From NCBI GenBank assembly GCA_905178155.1, contig CAJINV010000002.1, positions 3,663,838 through 3,727,837 of the forward strand: a DNA stretch of 64,000 bases. Direction: 5' to 3'. The notes below the pieces were generated by a model, which saw only the letters and a list, made by a program, of their open reading frames with translations, had not been told where the DNA came from and did not search any database. The position numbers and the translations under genes are program-made. Position 1 is the first letter of the stretch; each line of letters opens with the position of its first letter. Origin of the DNA: Amoebophrya sp. A120. Taxonomy: Eukaryota; Protista; Dinoflagellata. Of the stretch, positions 23,937-38,000 are shown one piece after another.

Positions 23937-26900
23937 TGACGCTCCTTCATCGAAAAGTGCTAAGATCTGTTCACGAACAACAGAACTTACCTACCGGCGC
24001 AAAGCGCTTCCTCATCCTCGTCACAGGAGCAACCCTTCTCCTCCTCCAAGCCGCAGCACTAGTACAACCCGCCGCGGCAGAAATTCTTCAAACTACTTCT
24101 TCCGTGACCGAACCCAAAACATCTGCAGCCCCAACAACTCCCAATCAAACCAGCATCTCACCTCCCAAGCACTACATCACGGAGTACCTCGAAAAGCGGT
24201 CGACAATCGGTCTCCGCGGCCTCTGCATCGATGACACCAAGCCGGCCTACCAGTTTCACGAGGCCATGCGCAACAAGTGTTGCTACCATTCGGTCGAAGC
24301 CATGCAAAAGGCGTACTTGGAGGAACGGAACGAGAGGGCGGAGACGAGAGACAAGCATGTAATACAACTACCCCAAATAAACAAGCCCTCGAAAAAAGCT
24401 TCTATCACAGTCCCTGAGCGGCAAATGCTGACTGGGATTGGGACCGGAGGGAAGATCTTGTTTACGCAGAAGATATTCGAGGCGAGTGGACACGATTTGG
24501 ACGATGGTCCACCTGACAGAGCTGCGTCTAGAAGTAGACAACAAGGACCAGCACAAGTGCAAGATCGCGAGGTGTATAGTGTGTTTCACGATCAAGTCTG
24601 ATGGAAATGCGAGCTGGTGGTCTTTTTTGAGAACATGCTGCAAAAGAGGACTTACTGTACACCGTAGGTGTAAAGTAGGTCTACCTGATGTAGATGCTTC
24701 GTTTCAATACTTTTACTGGCTTATTCAAAACAGATCCTCCTCCTCCACCGCGGTATCCTACGCGGAGAAGATCGTCCAAAACGTGCAGGAAAATTTCTGT
24801 CGGCATGTCACAGACATTCCCTCGTTCGACCGTGAGCCACAGTTCACGTCGAAATGGGAAGAATGTAGGGCGGACATGTACAACAATATTAAAGACTTTT
24901 ACTCTGGCAGCGCAACATCTACTGAAGACGTTGAACAAGAACCTCTACGCCCCTCCCCCAGCTCCCTGCTCAATCCCTGCACGGCGCAGAAAAAATCCAA
25001 CGACTACCACCTCGCGCTCTACGAGGATTTCCACCTGTCCGATCGGGCGGTGGACATGGAATCCGATGAAGGGCAGTCGTTCTTCTGGCGCTTCGTCACG
25101 CGAAAGTTTCGCCCGCACCACGGGCCGGGAATTTTGTTTAACAGCACGCATTATCAAATGCAAAAATGTCTGGGTCTGGAAGAGTGGAACTTGTAATGCT
25201 GTCTGCGGATTCTGAAAATATCTGTGTTGCATGAGCAGTAAGAGGAGTCAGCTCTTGGCACACGGAGAGGGCATTTTTCATGCGTAATTAGCATCAAGGC
25301 GCTCTCAAAAAATCTGTGATGCTAGCACCAGCATCACAGACCTGATGTGTCATGCAAAATGTGCATGACAAGCCCCGACTCTTCCAGACCCAGACATAAT
25401 TGCAGTTCATACGCATTGGATCCAGCTGCAGAAACACAACCGCTGGTCGAAACCGCCAAACGAGCGGATTGGATGGTGGGGCTGCAAGCCGACGCTGCGA
25501 AACTTGACGATAGACGATGAAACAGGAGACCTCCTCGTCCCGGATGAAACATTAGAAGATGCTGGTCCTCGACAAGTTAGTGAAGATAAGTTTGCACCAA
25601 CAATCAAGAACGAACGAAGAGAAACTACAGATCAATCAGAAGAAGAATTGGAAGTAACGACCGAAGCTGGTGCACGAAGTCGCCAAACGCCCCCGCAAAC
25701 TTTCCTTCAGCAGAACAAACAGCATTCCAATTGCGTTGTCAACCTCATCCGCGAGTTCCCCTTCGCGTTTGGACACTTCCTGAGCGACCTGCTGCCCGCG
25801 ATTCTGTGGACCATGGAGTCTTTAGCCAGGATACTGGTAAAGGTAAACGTAAAGGAAGTGAGAAGTGATGAAGTTGTAGCAGACCACCCGAACATGTCAA
25901 CGACTCAAGAAAATTTGAAAATCGAGTTCCGGATACTAGACGAGGGCAAACCAAACAGCAGGATCTTCAGTAAAAAAGCTTCTCCCAACGGGGAGGACCA
26001 CAACCACTACTACGGTGGGACATTTGAAGAGGATTCGCAAGAGGCGTCCAGGGCAGAGCCGGACGTTAAAGTAGAGAATATCCTCGAGAACTTCTCTGGT
26101 CTGGAAAAGTTAGTCCGCGAAAATTTCCACCTGTTTCGACGGCAAAGAGCATTTTTAGACGACGAAAGAAGAAGAAAAAGAAGTGAGAACAACGGAAACA
26201 AGCGGAAGCAAGATGGAACATCAAAAGCCGAGGAAAAAACCTCCAACTTCGAGTTCCCGCTCTTGCAGATGTGTAACACTTTCGTGGTCCCGTGGAACCA
26301 CTTGGCCAGGACGGTGTACGAGTTGCTACGGCAAAACCTGAAAATGATGTGGTCTGTTGCGATAAAGGGTACTACATCGTCTTCTACTTCTTCACAGGAG
26401 CCTGCTTCTTCTTCCCCGACAGTAGTGGACTCGCCCATACACCGCCTGTTTCATGGTGTATACGACACGAACGAAGCAATCACCCATTCTCTCCTACTAT
26501 CCCACTCTGGCTCTTCCATTTCCTCTTCATCCCATAAAAATTCTGTCGAGAACAGCTTTCAAAAGATCCTGCAAAACATTCTCCACTCCAATATTAAGCT
26601 GATTCCCTGGGAGGGCCCCATGGTGGCTTTCTACGCGAAATACTGGATTATTGCGGCGCCGAGCTACTGCGAAAACATCGCTCCAACCTATAACGCGGAA
26701 GTCATGACCCCGCACGGATCGAAACTGATCTCGAAATATCTCAGCTACTTCACAAGCAGCAACCCTTTTGATACGGCTTCTATGCCGCATCAAAGTAGAA
26801 GAACTGCTACCACTTCAAGAAGCGCAGCACGACCAAAGATGTTGCCTGGAGAAGCAGAGGCACAAGCACGTCGACCCAACGAAATGCAAATACAAGCAAA

Positions 26901-28331
26901 TCACGGTGGGGGAGCACAACAACACGTCGACCAGCAACACAAACCTTCTCTCAACGTGGTTTTGATCCAAAGGGAAGGGTCGGTGGAAACGATGAAAAAG
27001 AAGGAGTACGCCTGGCACTTTCCGTACACGTTTTTGGTCCGTAGTTGGGTGGAGCATCGGATATTTGTGAGATTGGTCGAGCTGTATAACCGAGGGATTG
27101 CGAGGAGGTCGGATAGGTTGCAGGAATGCCAGTTGGAGGAGGAGGATATTTTTGACATTTACTCGGCAGGGGAGGAGGACGAGAGTGTACAGGAACAAAT
27201 GCAAGATGAAGAAACACAACTACATGTTGATCAAACTGTAGCAGCACGTGATGATGATGTCACAGAATCAACACTCTTGGCAAGCACATCCACATCCACT
27301 AGAGAAAAAATTATCAACACCCATTTCGAAGCCGCGTTTGAGCTCTGTCAGAAACTTCTAGCGACGCTGGTGAAGCTAAACACAGATGAGACAGCATCAA
27401 ATGAGGACAGTTCTGTCGGTACCAGAGCTACTCCGGTTTTTGGATCAACAACTCCACCGCGAAGCGACTCACAGGACGCGGAGGAGGCGGAATTCTTTCT
27501 TGAAAACAAAAACGACTCGGTAGAAGAACCATCGGAGAGCAGTAGTACCAGAGCGCAACTGACCACAGGAAGGGACTCAGATAGTGCAACTACGCAACCC
27601 GGCACACCTGTTGCAACTACTCTTTCCCCCGAAATAAATCAGGAGAAAAACGCGATGTACTTCAAACCCATCAACCTCGTGATTCAGAATTTCACCAATA
27701 TCGGCCTGCGCGAGTCTATCGACCGGTTTGCGCATGCGGAGGTCGTATCAACTGCAAATATGTCTGGGTCTGGAAGAGTGTACACGTGTCACGCAGGTTT
27801 TCCATGACCCATGAGGTCTGGAATGCGGGACCTAGCATGGCAGACTCTGTGAGGTCTTTGTCATGTCTATCCTGCATGAGAAACTCCCTGCTCCCAACTT
27901 GGTTGAGAGTGGACAGCTTTTGGCGCTCATGCAAGACAGAATTTTGCATGATTCGGATTTAGCATGACAAGTTCCAACCTCCCAGACCCAGACATATTTG
28001 CATTTGATAGGTCGCAATTTACCCCTTCGGCTCCGCTAGCAGCAACGCGGCGTTTATGCGCAGGTGGGGTGGAATAAGTAGACCACCGGAACGAGCGGGA
28101 ATTACTGCGAAAGCAAACAGCAATCTCCATCCCTCCACGCGCACGCTCCCCCTCTGCGTGGAATTTGTCGCCAGTGAGACGAGCATGCCGGCGCGGGGGA
28201 AAAACGAAATCGTGAATGCGTTGGGGTTTGAGTACCTCCCCCTGGCGTACAACGAGAGTTACACCCACAGGCCGATCTTCCTAGACCCTTTGCGGGTGTT
28301 TGCCGCGATCCGGAGTAGGTTGGTGTATTGA
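23937..28331 (+). CDS. Glycosyltransferase family 61 (DUF563)-like protein with N-terminal signal/anchor
   Basis: Hydrophobic N-terminus (FLILVTGATLLLLQAAALV); motif FPFAFGHFLSDLLP; after removing introner 27746-28009: LRESIDRFAHAEVAIYPFGSASSNAAFM..CVEF..IVNALGFEY, matching the GT61 C-terminal signature F..A.vv..pHGagl.N..F..viE..la..gl.Y. One intron at ~24570-24730 is unresolved. Confidence 0.7.
25152..25411. mobile_element. Introner family A
   Basis: A TIRs; DR cgcat/cgcat. Confidence 0.92.
27746..28009. mobile_element. Introner family A
   Basis: A TIRs; DR ggtcg/ggtcg. Confidence 0.92.
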
Positions 28332-29000
28332 AACCAGTGATTGAAGGACTTGGGGTGTAACATGGGAGGTCAGAAGCGGTCTTCGACGTGTAGACGAGTG
28401 TGATTGTGGTCATCATGCTACGTTGTTGACTGATAAAAGCGTCAGTGAATAGTCCACTTTTCATCCTCCTGGAAAAGACTTTTCGAAAGTGCACAAGATG
28501 TTGATCACTTGCCAGCATTTTCTTCTCATTTTCAAACCCCGAGCAGTAGGGACTACTTGAAGAAAAACACTACACGAGCCGGAGCTTCATTCATTGGCTA
28601 CTTTGTGGTCCTCTGTTCGCGCGTGCCTTTCGTCTTGATGAAGATGAAGATTTTATTCTTTTCGAGGTTTTTTTTTGTTCGCGGTCTTGGTCTTGCACAC
28701 TTTTGGACGACATGACACTGGCGCACTGTGCCTCAGATTGAGTCCTTTGTGCATCTGCATGCACATGAACAACTGACGAAATATCCAAAAACCCGTTTTT
28801 CGACCGACCGTAGTAGCAGATGATCTTAGGCTGTTATTTGATCCACCTATTTTATCACCCAGTCACGAACCAACGCCCGGCCACTTTTTTTTTCAAGTAG
28901 ATGAGCGCATAAGTAGCTGTAGCACCACAAGTGTGCATTAACCTACAAGCCCTAGTAGCCCTGTGCTGCTCTAGTACCCCCACCCAATTAGCGCCTCGCC

Positions 29001-32000
29001 ATGATGTCTTCCATCCGGTCAATACGTCTCATGCTGCGGCGTGTCCTGTTGGTCGTGACCACGCAGCGTGTTCTCTTGCACGACCTGCTCTACGGAGGTT
29101 ATTTGTTCGCAAGCGGCATCGTGGCTGCTTCTAGCCAGACCGCTTCAACACCCGGCAGCAGAAGCAGCCGTCGCACCGGTCGCTCCTCTCCAGAGGACAC
29201 AGCTCCATCTTCTCCAGGACCCTCCTACAAACGCAGCAAAAACGACCCGGCGAAATGCGGCGTGTGTTTGATTGGGAAGACGCAGAGTCCGCTGAACGTA
29301 ACGTCCTATATGGTCTCTAACCTGCTCGAGCCGCTGAATTACGCGGATTTGTTTCTCGTTTCCCCGGATGGGTACCGGGTCGTCGACGCCATCGTATGAG
29401 AGTGCACAACTCCCCCTCCCCCTCATTTGTATGGCATGAACAGCAATACAAACACCAGCACACGTGGAGCCTGCGCATCACAAATTCTTTATGCGCCTAG
29501 TGTAGTACTGTTTGCGCTTCCAAAATCTGTCATGCAGAGAGAGCCTAAAGGCAAGGCATGGATTTGGTATTTTGCATTACAAAAAAGGTGGAGGGGGAGT
29601 TGTGCACCCTCATATACCGTGAAAAACGGCCATGAGTGTGTGGAAGAGTTTTACCACGACAAAAATAGTAGGGCGGATGAAGATAAGAATCATCCTAGTA
29701 CAATTTTTCCAAATCCCGCAACCGCATCACAAACGCACACCGATAAGAACCGGGAGCAGCAGGAGAAGCTACCAAAAGTAGAGCAAGAACCTGCCTATTT
29801 TTCCGCAACCGCGCACACGACAAGTTTTTCGGAAAGGAGGAAAATGTGGCAAGAGAAAACGAGAAAATTTCGGTGCACAGCGGAAGTGGTGCGGAATAGG
29901 ACGGAGAGAATGGAGGATTTTCGTCTTCAAGACGGTAATAAAGTTTTTGATGCGAAAAACAACCACTTCTTCCGCATTTTCCTGCAAACTTCTATCACGG
30001 ACCCTTTTGAGCTGAACGACTTCTACACGAAACACGTCGGCGGGTCCGCCCGGAAGCTGCTCGAAGCTTCCTATCCTAAGGAAAAACGTCCTCACCCCAG
30101 AGTTGTCATGCAGATTTGCAATAGCAAGGACATTTGTGATGCGCATACCCATAGTAGACATTTCCAATCGTGTTTTGGAATTTATGATGCTGTGAACAGG
30201 ATGGGCAGATGGATCTGTGATGCGGCTGCACTTGCTAACCTGCATTACACTACGGAGTGCAACTTGTCACGCGTGACTCCCAAAACTCCTAGGCTTGTGT
30301 TGTAAAATCCCCATCTTGACTATGGGGTGGGGACGTTTTTACACAGGATACTTCCCTCGGCCGCATTATGTACGGCTGGAAGCCCGACCTATGGATTGCA
30401 AAGATGTCTGGGTCTGGAAAAATACAAACTTGCGATGCGCATTTCAGAACACAGAAAAATCTCTCATTCATAGGTAGCAAAAGCTGCCCACTTTCTGTCA
30501 CCAAAATGAGGATTTGTGATGCGGATTCGGCATTCCGGAAGCTTCTCGATGAAACCTGTGATGCTAGAGCTTCCATGCCAGACCTTCTGTGTCATGCAAA
30601 AACAGCATGACTCTTGCAGACCCAGACATTTTTGCATTTGATACGACCCATCCAAGGTCAAAATCTACCCGATCGGCGGGCCTCGCGGGCACATGTCCAT
30701 CCTCGGCGGATTACCGATCCCGAGCCTGCGGTTTGCGAACATCGTGCTGCGGCAGGTTTTGCGGAAGAAAACTTTTGGATTGGGCTCCAGTATATCAACT
30801 GCAAATATGTCTGGGTCTGGGAGATTGCCACGATATTAGCCATGCTAATCTGGTATGACTCTGCACTCTGTATTGCGTGGCCGCGAAGAGCTCCTCTTGC
30901 CTGTCATGCAAAAACGCAGTTTCTCATGCGGAGTACGCAACTCAGAACCACGGAAAAACTTGTCATGCTGGGAAGCGCATCACACAGTGCTCACTCTTCC
31001 CTGTCTTGCGTCACAAGTTTCCAGACCCAGGCAGACATATTTGCAATGCATACAGTACGCCCTACGGGGTAAATTGGGACGACGGGAGCGCGATTCTGCA
31101 ATTAAATCCGAAGTTGGGCAATGTGCTAGTGGAGGAGAAAAGCAGCCCCCTGGGACAGCAAGAGGAGGAAGAAAGCGAGGCTCTTGATGACGCGTCGGGA
31201 ATAAGTAGTAGCGATCAGGCTAGTTCCTCGCGTCTCTACAAGCCGGCTGATTACGACTGGTATTTCGACGACGTAGTTCTTGACAACAAGGATAGTAGCG
31301 ATAGTAGAACAAACACCGTCGTTGGTACAACTACTATTGGAACAAACGATAGAAGGAACACAAGGAAAACGATTTTAGAAAAGGTTGTGGAAAGGATCAA
31401 CTTGGAACAAATGGCCTCCACGACTGGAAGTGGCAGCACGGGGCCAGGAGTGCAAATTCCTGCCAGCGGAGAAGAAGATGTTCTTGACCGGAAACAAGAA
31501 CTCATGGTACAACTACAAGCCAGCGAAAAAAATCAACCTTCATCTACCGCTGCTAGTACAAAAATGATCCACGACATCACTTCTGTCGTCACTCACTACA
31601 CCAAGCAGCTTTTCCAGACGGAGATCGAGCGGGAGTTCCAGTCCCGCGTGAATGTTTACGGCCGAACCTCGGTAACCCCCGGGCAGTATTTCACGAAGAT
31701 TGCGGCGAAGTTGAGCGGAAAATTGGCGCAATTTCTGCTGCGGGATTTGCTCAAATTTGATACGACAATTGATGATGGTCATCCTGTTCATCTTCCTGGA
31801 AAAACAACTACGAGTGCAATCCGCCCTCCGCTAGAAAAATTTCTGTTGAGTCACTCTCCTGCAAGTGCAACCTCAAACGCGACCAAGACTCTGTCCAGCA
31901 CGATCCAGCGGCACTACCTGATGCGTGAATATAGCCTGCACGATATCCGAGAAAAAAACTGTGTAAAGTGTAACTTTGTGTTGCAGACGATGGAAGATGA

Positions 32001-35000
32001 CACTAACGCCTGTCATGCTGGACATTCATCAGAGGCTCTCTTCATAAGTGTTTCCACGTTCTAGCTACGCATGACAGGTTTTCTGTGTCATGCAGAGCAA
32101 ACTTGTCATGCTATTCCTTCAAGATAAAAAGTTACACAGTTTTTTTGTTGCATACACGAGGAGCTGCTGGCGTTTTTCAACGATCCGGAAAACATATGGA
32201 ATGCAAATAGGTCTGGGTTTGGAAGAGTGCACTTGTTTGTCATGCACGTTTTGCATGACCCATGATGTCTGTGATGCATGCCCTAGCATCACAGACTTTT
32301 TGAGGCCTTCCTGATGCCTATACTGCATGACAAATGCCCTTTCCGCTTATAGTACACAGTCTTTCTGCTCTTGCTGGTACTGCCGGAGACCCCAGCTATC
32401 CCTCTGCTCTGTGCTCTTGATATCGTCTTTGTCCGTTCTCGTGTTTTGCTTGGTTGGTTCTGACGGATACGTGCGGTTGCTCATGGAATAAAACGGAATC
32501 GACCAGGACATGCTGCCACTCTAACGGTTTCACAACTCGGGTCCGACCCCCGTTAGAGCTTGACCCTACCCCCCCCCCCGAGATCCTGCCCAGAGGCAGT
32601 GGTTGTAAAGGGGGTACTGTGGTTGAGGGGTAAAAAAGGTCATGCAATACGGATTTTTTCAGAACCCAAAGATAGCATCACAAATGGCAACCTTTCAGAT
32701 CCAGACATGTTTGCAATGCATAAAAGATCGTCCCCGTGCCGTGGAACGGCGCGTATCAACTCGCCGACGGGTTTTTGTGCGGGATGATGTTCGAGAATGC
32801 GGAAGAATTTCTGTACAAAAACCGGGGCAGCACCGCAAAAACGAAGCACTACGACTACCTAGCGCTGGGCCGGCTCGATCTTTTGTGGCTGACCCCACAC
32901 GTCAGGGTGGACGACTTCCGGGTGGTGGCCGAACTGGAGGATGAAGAGAGCAGAAGCGGCAGCCCGGAGACAGCGAATCGGAAAAGGAGAACCCCGAGTA
33001 ACTTCAAACTCCGCACCAGCCTGGGAAGAGACGACCAGGTGCCCGCCCTGCAGTATCGCGAGAAAAAACTGGTGTAGCTGTAGTTTCACTGGATTTATTA
33101 TAAACTTGTGACGCAGAGGATTCCGCACGAAAGGCGGCTGTGGTCTTGCTACAAATGCAAGATGGAAGTGGACATTTTGACCCTTGTAGTTAGCCCCTAC
33201 TAGGAACAACGACCTCGCGTTGCACAAAAATCCTAGAAATACAACAGTGCAACACTTTTTTCCCCCGATACGCAGGGCTACAGAAGCAGTACTCCACTCT
33301 TTAGCGCAAACACTCGTGCTCCTTTTACGACCGCCAGAGAGCAACAACCCTCCTCCACCTCCCCCGCAGAAAAAGACTTTTATCGCGGGCAAGCGCCGCT
33401 GGACGACGAAACACATCCAATTACCCGCATTCTGAAGCATTTAGAGAGCAGCAGAGAAGTGGTGGATGCAGATGAAAATAAAGAGGAGGACAATAAATCC
33501 GATGGTGCAGCAGGAGGACCACGAGAGGCGGCAGTGGTGCCCGCGCGAGGTACAAGTACTGACAGAAAAGAAAAATTCCTCGCCTTTCTCCTGAAGCAAC
33601 CGGCCGAACCAAAATGGCTGTACCGTGCGCGGAGCCTGGCCCGGCTGCTGTCGGATCTGATTCTTTACACCAGGAAGCTGCTACAACAGGGTGAAAATAA
33701 TTATCCTATGAAAACGCAAAAAGACCAGCTCCCTGATGCCGAAGCAGTACCTCCTGTAGCACCCGTGACGCTGGCAACCGTGGAGTCCGATCGCTATTTG
33801 CACGACGTCGTGCATATCCCACAGAAAAAATCTGGCAGGTGAGATCTGCAATGCAAAAATAAATACACAGAAAAATCTGTCATGGGCGAGGCCATAGCAT
33901 GCTGTTTAGGGCATGCAATACAGATTTTTTTGTCTATTTATTTTTCCATATACAAATATGCCCTGCCAGCTTTTTTCTCTGGGATAGTGCACGGCACGAA
34001 AGACCTCACGACTGGCAAGCAAATGGTAAAATTGCAGGTGATTTCGGAAGAACAAACTGGACACGGCGAGAATAATTTTGATTACCCCGGCGCGCAGGAA
34101 CGGGTAGATGTTTATCACGACGCTGACCGTCACCGGAAAAAGCGACTTCTCGTGCGGAAAATCAAGATTTACCTCGACCAGGCTTTGATTCTGAAACAGA
34201 TGCTGTTTCTGAAACAGGAAAAGAAGCCCTCGGGCTGCTGGGTCCCCTTTGACCAGGGGGATGCGATGGGATTGACAGATTGGTACCAAATCTGCTCGTA
34301 TCAACTGTCAAATTGTCTGGGTCTGGAAGATTCTGACACTTGTCATGCACGTTTTGCATGAGCCCTGATGTTTGCGATGCATGCCCTAGCATCACAGATT
34401 TTTGAGAGCTTCTTGATGCCTATTCCGCATGACAAATGCCCTCTCCACGTAGCAAAAGTGACATTCCCTTTGATGGTACCTATGCAATACAGATTTTTTT
34501 GGAATCCAGATGCAGCATCACAAGTTGCATTCTTCCAGACCCAGACACTTTTGCACTTGGTAGCTCGCGGGACTACGCCGACATCCTCACTTTCGACCGG
34601 CTGTACAGCTTCCAAGAGCCCCGCTTTCACTTGTTCCTGCAGCTGGCCATTTACGAAGTTTACAACCTGGAACTCCACCTCCTCAACACCCTGCTGTACT
34701 ATCGCGCACCGGTGTACCGCTTTGACTGGGCAACGACACGCGCGTGCGAATATCCGCTGCAAATATGTCTGGGTCTGGAAACCTGTGATGCTGATTTGCT
34801 GCTGATCGCAACGCTTGCCATGGCAGCCAACAAGCATGACAAGTTTTTGAAACGCTTTCTGATGTTTTTGCATGACAAAAGAAGCGGCTCTTCTGCTGCT
34901 CACGCAACACAGATTTTCCAGGAATGCAAGACACGCATGACAAGTTCCACTTTTCCAGACCCAGACATATTTGCATGCCATAGCGAAGCGGACCGGACCA

Positions 35001-38000
35001 AGGAAAAGCTGTTCGCGCGCATGCTCGACCCCTATCAAAAGGAAAGATCCCCCCTCCCCATACCACAAAGGGGCACTACTGAAAATTTGTGATGCTGATT
35101 TGTGACCACAAATCGCCCCTGTGTTGCAAGAGGGCAAAGCCAGAGAATCAGCCGCGTTTCGCAGGCACTTTGTAATGCTGTATCGCCTACAGAGGATATG
35201 CCTGCCCTGCTAGGTGCCTACGGCAAAACGCCCCTACTCAGGCACTGCATCTGCCTGCAGTCCTCTACTGCAAGACAGATCGGATTTGTGTACGCAAATC
35301 CCGCATCACAGATTTCCACTTTGATATGGGGGGGGGGGAGATTTTTCATTTTGATAACCCCCCGCTCAGCTTTCCGGACCAGCAGGGGATCGTGGGGGGT
35401 GGAGACGCTGCGGGAGGAGCGGAGGCGGACCAGGAAAATAATGAACAAGCAAATACTTCTTCTACTAAATTGAGAATTCTTGCAGAAACTTCCTCTACCG
35501 AGCAGGGTTCCTCGGCAGAGGCAGGAGGTCTACAACTTCTTTCCGAAGCTAGTAGAGGTGGTCCTCGTCAGCTCCCCGAGGACACTACGGCTGCAGGTGA
35601 GACGAGCACCGGCCAAAGCGAAGTAGACACGACGACGTCGAACGCTTCTACAGCATCAGCACGACGCGAACAACAAACAAGCGAGGAAAGTACACGGGTG
35701 GTCGCGAAGATGCAACACCCGCAGCAAGACCTGCAGGAGAACCCGTCGAAAAGCAAATGCATGTTCAATAGCGAGCTGAGCATATCCTGTGTAATAAAAT
35801 CGTCCCCATCTCAGGGTCCTCAAGATGCATGGGGTCCTTGCTACACAAATTCGCCTGACCTACCTTCCCTGCGTGAACAGCCATCTGCGGCTGTTTGCAC
35901 AGGGGGAGGCAAAGTGTGCTGTCGCGCTTCTGTTTAGCATGACAACTCTGGTGATGTGGGGACGTTTTTCACTGGGGTAGAGCATGTACCTCCGCAATTC
36001 GACAAGCGAACGCATGCCGGATTTTGATCGCGGCTTGTTTCGACGGTGGCGCACCCTGGAAGCGTTGAAATGGCGGAGGATGGAGGACGAAGCGCGCCGG
36101 GATGTTTTGTTTGCGCGAGGATCACAAGAAACCGGCACTTTCTCTAACACGCAACCCCTAGAGCAGCAGAAGTTGCGTGACACCATCCAACTTTCTCTCA
36201 CTGCAGCAATATTGAGAGGAAAAATCTTCCCTCCTAATATCGAAACTAAGTTTCTGATGGTGAATTTGCGTACACAAATCAGATTTGTCTTGCAGAAAGT
36301 GCGTGGCGGCATTTCCTGAGCCTGTTTGGGTATGCAGAAGGCTAGCAATTGCGCTTGGCAAACAGGTTTGCAGTAGCCGAAAGCGCATGACAGACTTGCT
36401 CTGAAATGCCTTAAATGGCTCGTATGACGCTATATGCAAGACAAAGATGATTTGTGACCACAAATCTGCATCACAAATCTCCGTTTTGATATGGGGAGGG
36501 GGGATTTTTCATTTTGATAAGCAACTCCATTGATTTCCGGCGCAAGGTACGCGGACGAAAAAGTCGAGGTGGTCATGGTCAACACGGACAGTCACGAGCT
36601 AATATCCTGTGCAAATAAAGCGTTCCCACCCCAGGGTCCTCAAGATGGGAGTTTTATTGCAACACGTAATTTATTTTTTGATCATGAAAATCTGCATGAC
36701 AAGCAACTCTGGGGTGGCGATATGAAGATTTTTACGCAGGATCACTGGATGAGCATGCCACCGAGGAGGGGGATGGCCCAGCCGGCCGGTCCCCGCGGTC
36801 GGCCGAAAGACCGTATACGCACCAGGAGACACGCGTGCTTCCGGACGATGTGGTGATGGGCGATGAAATTGAAACTCCAACTTCGACTCTATCGAATGAA
36901 ACTACAACCACAGGGCCTACAACTCCTCGTGCACCACCGCGAGGCGCTGGTGAACAAACAACTGCACAAGAAACAAAACAAGACCGGCTCGACGTGCGCG
37001 CGCACCAACAGCGAAATAACCTAGTATCAAATGCAAAAATGTCTGGGTCTGGAAGAATGCGCGATTTGTCATGCTGCTTTTCCATGACCCATGAGGTCTG
37101 GAATGCAGGACCTAGCATGACAGATTCTGCGCGAGGATCTCTCTCATGCCTATGCTGCATGAGAAACTCCCTCCCGACTGGGTGAAAACTGGACGACTTT
37201 TGTCAATCATGCAGCACAGATTTTTGCATGCTTCAGATTTAGCATGACAAGTTGCAATCTTCCAGACCCAGACACTTTTACATTTGATACCTAGCGCTGC
37301 GCTACAACAGAGCCTGGTTTTCATCATCGTCGGTAGCTGCAGCGGGAATAATTGCACCAAGAACTGCACCCCCTCCAAGCACCAGGCCTTCTTATCCTCA
37401 GAAAAAACTGTCTCAGTCTCAACTTGTAATGCGCAACTTCCTTGACACAGTTCTTTGTCATGCTCGACATGCAAGAGAGTCGTCTTCCAAAGGTCGTGTT
37501 TTCCGTTGTATATTTTGACGCATCACAGGTTTTCCGTGTAAATTGTAAACTGTAAGTGATGCTGAGCAAATTTGTATTGCTGAGTCTACTGCAAAGGTTT
37601 GAGACTGACACAGCTTTTTCTCGCGATACTGCCGATGCGAAAATACAGGACCACCCGAATCCTCCTCCGCAACGAACCCTGACGAACCACTTCACGCAGA
37701 GCAATTTTTACGTATCAACTGCGAATATGTCTGGGTCTGGAAAGATGCAACTTGTGATGCTGGCTTCGGATTCGAAAAAAATCTGTGTTGCATGAGCAGC
37801 AAGACGAGTCTAGGTTTTGGTACGCGAAGAGGGTGGAGCTTCTCATGCGGAATAGGCATCAAAAAGGACTCAGAAAATCTGTGATGCTAGGACAAACATC
37901 AGCGACATTATGCGCCATGTATTAAATGTGCATGGATGACAAACGCTGCATTTTTCCAGACCCAGACATTTTTGCATTTGATATTACGGGAATTCTTACA

